From a bacterium (GTDB lineage Bacteria > Hydrothermota > Tepidihabitantia > Tepidihabitantales > Tepidihabitantaceae): 18,379 bases of DNA. The position numbers and the translations under genes were made by a program. Below the pieces are notes generated by a model. The model made no database searches. It was not told where the DNA came from and saw only the letters and a list, made by a program, of their open reading frames with translations. The stretch covers positions 1 to 18,379 of the forward strand of contig JAWOHE010000057.1 of NCBI GenBank assembly GCA_046485285.1. The letters run 5' to 3'. Below, in pieces: positions 15,455 to 18,379 of the stretch (position 1 is the stretch's first letter; every line of letters begins with the position of its first letter).

Positions 15455-16798
15455 TCAGCCTCGCTTCTTGCCCCGGCCTTCTTCGGCGCCTCCGAAGCGG
15501 GCCACGTCCAAGCTCTCGACCGCGTGCTTGATGAACGCCCGCACGCCGTCTGCCCCGCGCTCGGTCGCCGCCCTGAACACCCGCTTCTGCTCCAGCTCGC
15601 CAAACGCAAAACCAGCGTGCGCCCGCTGATACAGAGTCACCAACGTACTGAACGCCTCGACCAGCGCGCGGTCTTCCAGTGGTGCGAGCGTCACCCGTCG
15701 CTCGATGCGGTTGGCAAGCTTGAGGTAGCTGTACTCGTTCGGACTCGGCGTGGTCGCAAACACCAGCAGGAGCGACGGGTCACGGTAGATGTAGGGCACG
15801 GGCCGGACGCGATTGTGTATCATCCGGCCATCAACCCGCCTGAGCTCGGGGTCGTTCCTAGCAGTCCGCACCAGACCCTCCATGAAGTTGACGCTCTTGG
15901 CAAGGTAGACAACATCCCACAGCCTCGTAACGGTTTCCGCCTCGTCAACCAGCAGTACCAGCCCCTTGAGGCCGACCTGCCTGGCAATCCAGCTCAGGCC
16001 GGAGAGGATGTTGCAGTAGAAATCGGCGGCGGTCGAGAAGTCGTAGAGCGCCGGTATCCGCTGGCCGCCTCGAACCCGGTTCTGGCTCGTGGCGTCGGTC
16101 GCGTACTCCTTGGTGCTCTCGCCCTCAATCCACTGCCAGAATACCTCGCTCTCGAGGTTGCCGGCGTCAAGTCGCCGGAGCTTGGCGAGTACTGGACCAA
16201 AGAACACGTGGTCCCGCATCTCGAGCCCGGACGCATCGCGCAGCAAGTCACGGTAGCCATGCTCCCGGCCATCCTTCAGATAGCGCAGGTTGCTGATGAG
16301 CTCGCGGTAGACCCGCTTGGGTCGATGCGGGCTGACCTCGAGCGGGTCGAACCGGCAGACAGTCGCGCACATACCCTCCTTGAGCGCCCGGTGATGGATG
16401 TACTCGAGCAGGTGGGTCTTGCCGGTGCCGTACTCCCCCTCGACGAGGTACACATCGCCCGTGCCCTGCGCGAGACCGGCAAGCGCGGACTCCGCGATCG
16501 CGACTTCGCGCTCGCGGCCGAATGTGAATGCCTCGATGTCCTGGACCGGGACGATTCCCAGCCGGAACGCCTCGATGATCCGGCAGGCCTGGACGCGCGT
16601 CACCGCGCTCACCCGCGGGCTCACGCCGGCAACAAGCTCGGCTGCAGCAAGTCGAACCAACCGCAGTCGCCTGGTTGGCAGCCACAGCTTGAGCCCGCTC
16701 GCGAACTCGCAGAACAGCTCGGTACCGCCCCAGCGCGAGTCCCGAACCTCGCCTTCCCCGAAAACCGGATGCGCCACCACCCGAGTGCCGGTGCTCAT
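15455..16798 (-). CDS. BrxD/DUF2791-like P-loop ATPase with N-terminal Tudor-like domain
   Basis: IIEAFRLGIVP...FTFGRERE; Walker A GEYGTGKT; Walker B GLVLLVDEAE; VFATTP; N-terminal V.HP.FG.GEV. Confidence 0.82.
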   Translation of the reverse strand: MSTGTRVVAHPVFGEGEVRDSRWGGTELFCEFASGLKLWLPTRRLRLVRLAAAELVAGVSPRVSAVTRVQACRIIEAFRLGIVPVQDIEAFTFGREREVAIAESALAGLAQGTGDVYLVEGEYGTGKTHLLEYIHHRALKEGMCATVCRFDPLEVSPHRPKRVYRELISNLRYLKDGREHGYRDLLRDASGLEMRDHVFFGPVLAKLRRLDAGNLESEVFWQWIEGESTKEYATDATSQNRVRGGQRIPALYDFSTAADFYCNILSGLSWIARQVGLKGLVLLVDEAETVTRLWDVVYLAKSVNFMEGLVRTARNDPELRRVDGRMIHNRVRPVPYIYRDPSLLLVFATTPSPNEYSYLKLANRIERRVTLAPLEDRALVEAFSTLVTLYQRAHAGFAFGELEQKRVFRAATERGADGVRAFIKHAVESLDVARFGGAEEGRGKKRG

Positions 16799-16838
16799 TG
16801 CTGACCCTCAGCCTCTTCCCTTCGCCTGCCGAGGTCTG

Positions 16839-18113
16839 CTAGAACTCCTCGCGCTCGACGTCGGCCCGCTCGGTCTGCTCGAGCCGCTGGGAAGTTACGC
16901 GCAGGAGCTTCTCGGCAGCCTTCCGGTCGAACTCCTGGCCGGGCTCGGCACGCAGCTTGTGCAACGCTTCGACCAGGCTGACCACGAAGAGCCGCCGGTA
17001 GCTGATGTCGAACATGAAGGCGGCCACCGCCAGCCGGGCCAGCAGACCGATAACCCGGTCGCGACGCTCGGCAACCAGTTCAACATCATAGGCCGCCTCG
17101 AAGACCGCGGCGAGCCGTGTGCCCAGTCGTAGGAGGAACTCCTCAGGGTCGATCCCGAGGTCGTCAAGGTTGACGCGGACTCCGACAGGGTTGATGCCAC
17201 TGAACTGGCTACGCAGTCGCTGTTTGAGTGCCTCATAGACCCCGCCAGAGCCCTCGAGCAACAGGTTCTCGTCCGGCACCGCGTAGAAGATCATCGCGCC
17301 GGGCAGACGCGAGTTGCCGCACTCGTCAACGAGCTGGCGCAGGTTGTCAAGCGCCCGGCGCCTGTCGCGCGAGGACGAAAGAGACATCCCGCGTTCGGCC
17401 TCGTCGAACAGCAGCACCAGCCCGTTGTAGCCGATTGAGTGCACCCACTGGATGAGCGAGCGCAACATCCTGAACGCTGTCGCCTTGTCAACCCGCTCCG
17501 AGATACGATGCCGCAGCCGAACTTCCCTGTCGACCTCCTCGCCCTTGAGCCACTGGACGATGCTGTTGAAGCCTTCGGCGTCGTCCGCAACCAGTGCGTC
17601 AAAGGCCGCGCGTACTGCGTTTGAGAAGCTCGAGCTCTCGGTCGGCGCGAGTTCTTCAACTTGGTGCTTGAGCTCGGTAACTCGCTCGGCCGTTACCCGC
17701 CTCGCGGCGTACCAGTGTCGCAGAACCGCCTCGATGCCCCGCTCCGTGCCGGGCACGGGCTGGTCCGAAGGAACCGGCACACTGATGCCTGCGACAACGG
17801 CTCGGTAGACCAACTCAAGCCGGTCGAACGGGCACTCGGTCGGACTCAGGCTGACGTACGAAACGCAGTAGTTGTTCCGAAACGCGAGATTCCGGACCGA
17901 GTAAAGGAAATGGGTCTTGCCGCCGCCGTAGTTGCCGGTCACCAGCTTGAAGCTCGACAGGTTCCAGGTCAGAATACCCTTCAGGTACTCCTCCTCCAGC
18001 ACCCCGAGGTAGCGCTCCAGTCCAATGGTGAATGCGTCGAGCCCGAACTCGGGAGGTGTCCCGGTCGCGCCCAGCTTGCTGACGATCGCGCGCGCCAGAC
18101 CCCTCTCCATCAT
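16839..18113 (-). CDS. BrxD/DUF2791-like P-loop ATPase
   Basis: AIVSKLG.TGTPP..G...FT.GL; Walker A FKLVTGNYGGGKT; V.LSP.E.PF; QWLKGE; GYNGLVLLFDEAE (Walker B); ALDNLRQLVD; YEALKQRL. ATG overlaps the upstream stop (ATGA). Confidence 0.87.
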   Translation of the reverse strand: MMERGLARAIVSKLGATGTPPEFGLDAFTIGLERYLGVLEEEYLKGILTWNLSSFKLVTGNYGGGKTHFLYSVRNLAFRNNYCVSYVSLSPTECPFDRLELVYRAVVAGISVPVPSDQPVPGTERGIEAVLRHWYAARRVTAERVTELKHQVEELAPTESSSFSNAVRAAFDALVADDAEGFNSIVQWLKGEEVDREVRLRHRISERVDKATAFRMLRSLIQWVHSIGYNGLVLLFDEAERGMSLSSSRDRRRALDNLRQLVDECGNSRLPGAMIFYAVPDENLLLEGSGGVYEALKQRLRSQFSGINPVGVRVNLDDLGIDPEEFLLRLGTRLAAVFEAAYDVELVAERRDRVIGLLARLAVAAFMFDISYRRLFVVSLVEALHKLRAEPGQEFDRKAAEKLLRVTSQRLEQTERADVEREEF

Positions 18114-18379
18114 CCCTCTTCCGGGTATGACAGGTGTGAGTAGTTGGTACCCTCGCCCTGATCATTATCCGGGACCCATAGCGCCTTTGCCCTGCTGGTC
18201 GTCGAGTCAAAAGCCGCAACGTGCAGCCGGGGCGCCTCGCCGCCCGGCGGCGACTGCCGCAGCCGATACAGGTCGTGACTGAACTGCACCCTCGGATATT
18301 CGAGGAACCGCCGCCTCACCGGGTCGGCACGGAACGCCTCGGGCTGGATGAGCAGAATCAGCTCGGACAGCAGCTCGAT
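18110..18379 (-). CDS. C-terminal 89 aa of a protein of unknown function (5' end beyond the window), upstream member of the ATPase-helicase operon
   Basis: Frame open from the window edge: IELLSELILLIQPEAFRADPVRRRFLEYPRVQFSHDLYRLRQS...RLHVAAFDST...LWVPDNDQGEGTNYSHLSYPEEG*. Stop overlaps the ATPase start. Confidence 0.75.
   Translation of the reverse strand: MELLSELILLIQPEAFRADPVRRRFLEYPRVQFSHDLYRLRQSPPGGEAPRLHVAAFDSTTSRAKALWVPDNDQGEGTNYSHLSYPEEG

Noticed and set aside
15448-15609. Extended helicase N-terminus from the ORF track
   Set aside because: Overlaps the ATPase 2 C-terminus; TTG 15447 right after its stop fits the Q-motif position.
15182-16804. 540-aa plus-strand ORF (and similar antisense ORFs 2233-3348, 3319-4467, 5107-6279, 7311-8396, 10373-11428)
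   Set aside because: Antisense mirrors of well-supported genes with no motifs of their own.
16799-16841. Stop read-through fusing the two ATPases
   Set aside because: The 40-bp gap is out of frame and ATPase 2 has its own SD-like sequence and ATG.
13423-18113. Calling the locus canonical BREX or Shango
   Set aside because: No pglZ, pglX, brxC or TerB-domain gene is visible and the ATPase is duplicated; the upstream part is outside the window, so only similarity is claimed.

Overview
GC-rich bacterial chromosomal window; the taxon cannot be fixed from sequence alone. Left to right it holds: a large secreted repeat protein running off the left edge (missed by the ORF track); a DNase I-like EEP nuclease; a membrane-anchored TPR protein; a small membrane/coiled-coil protein; a radical SAM enzyme; a DUF3592-like membrane protein coupled to an MFS transporter; a GyrI-like protein behind a long structured leader; and rpmB (L28) followed by GMD-like and RMD-like nucleotide-sugar enzymes and a GT2 glycosyltransferase. 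On the minus strand at the right is a tightly coupled operon: unknown gene (truncated), BrxD/DUF2791-like ATPase, a second BrxD-like ATPase with an N-terminal Tudor-like domain, an Lhr-like DExH helicase and a GT-B glycosyltransferase. This operon resembles the ATPase-helicase modules of BREX type 2 and Shango but has a duplicated ATPase, so it is the best candidate for an undescribed (defence or DNA-processing) system. Near-consensus sigma70 promoters are easy to read, and several suggest leaderless mRNAs. No CRISPR array, tRNA, rRNA or transposase was seen. Family calls come from motif recognition, not database searches.
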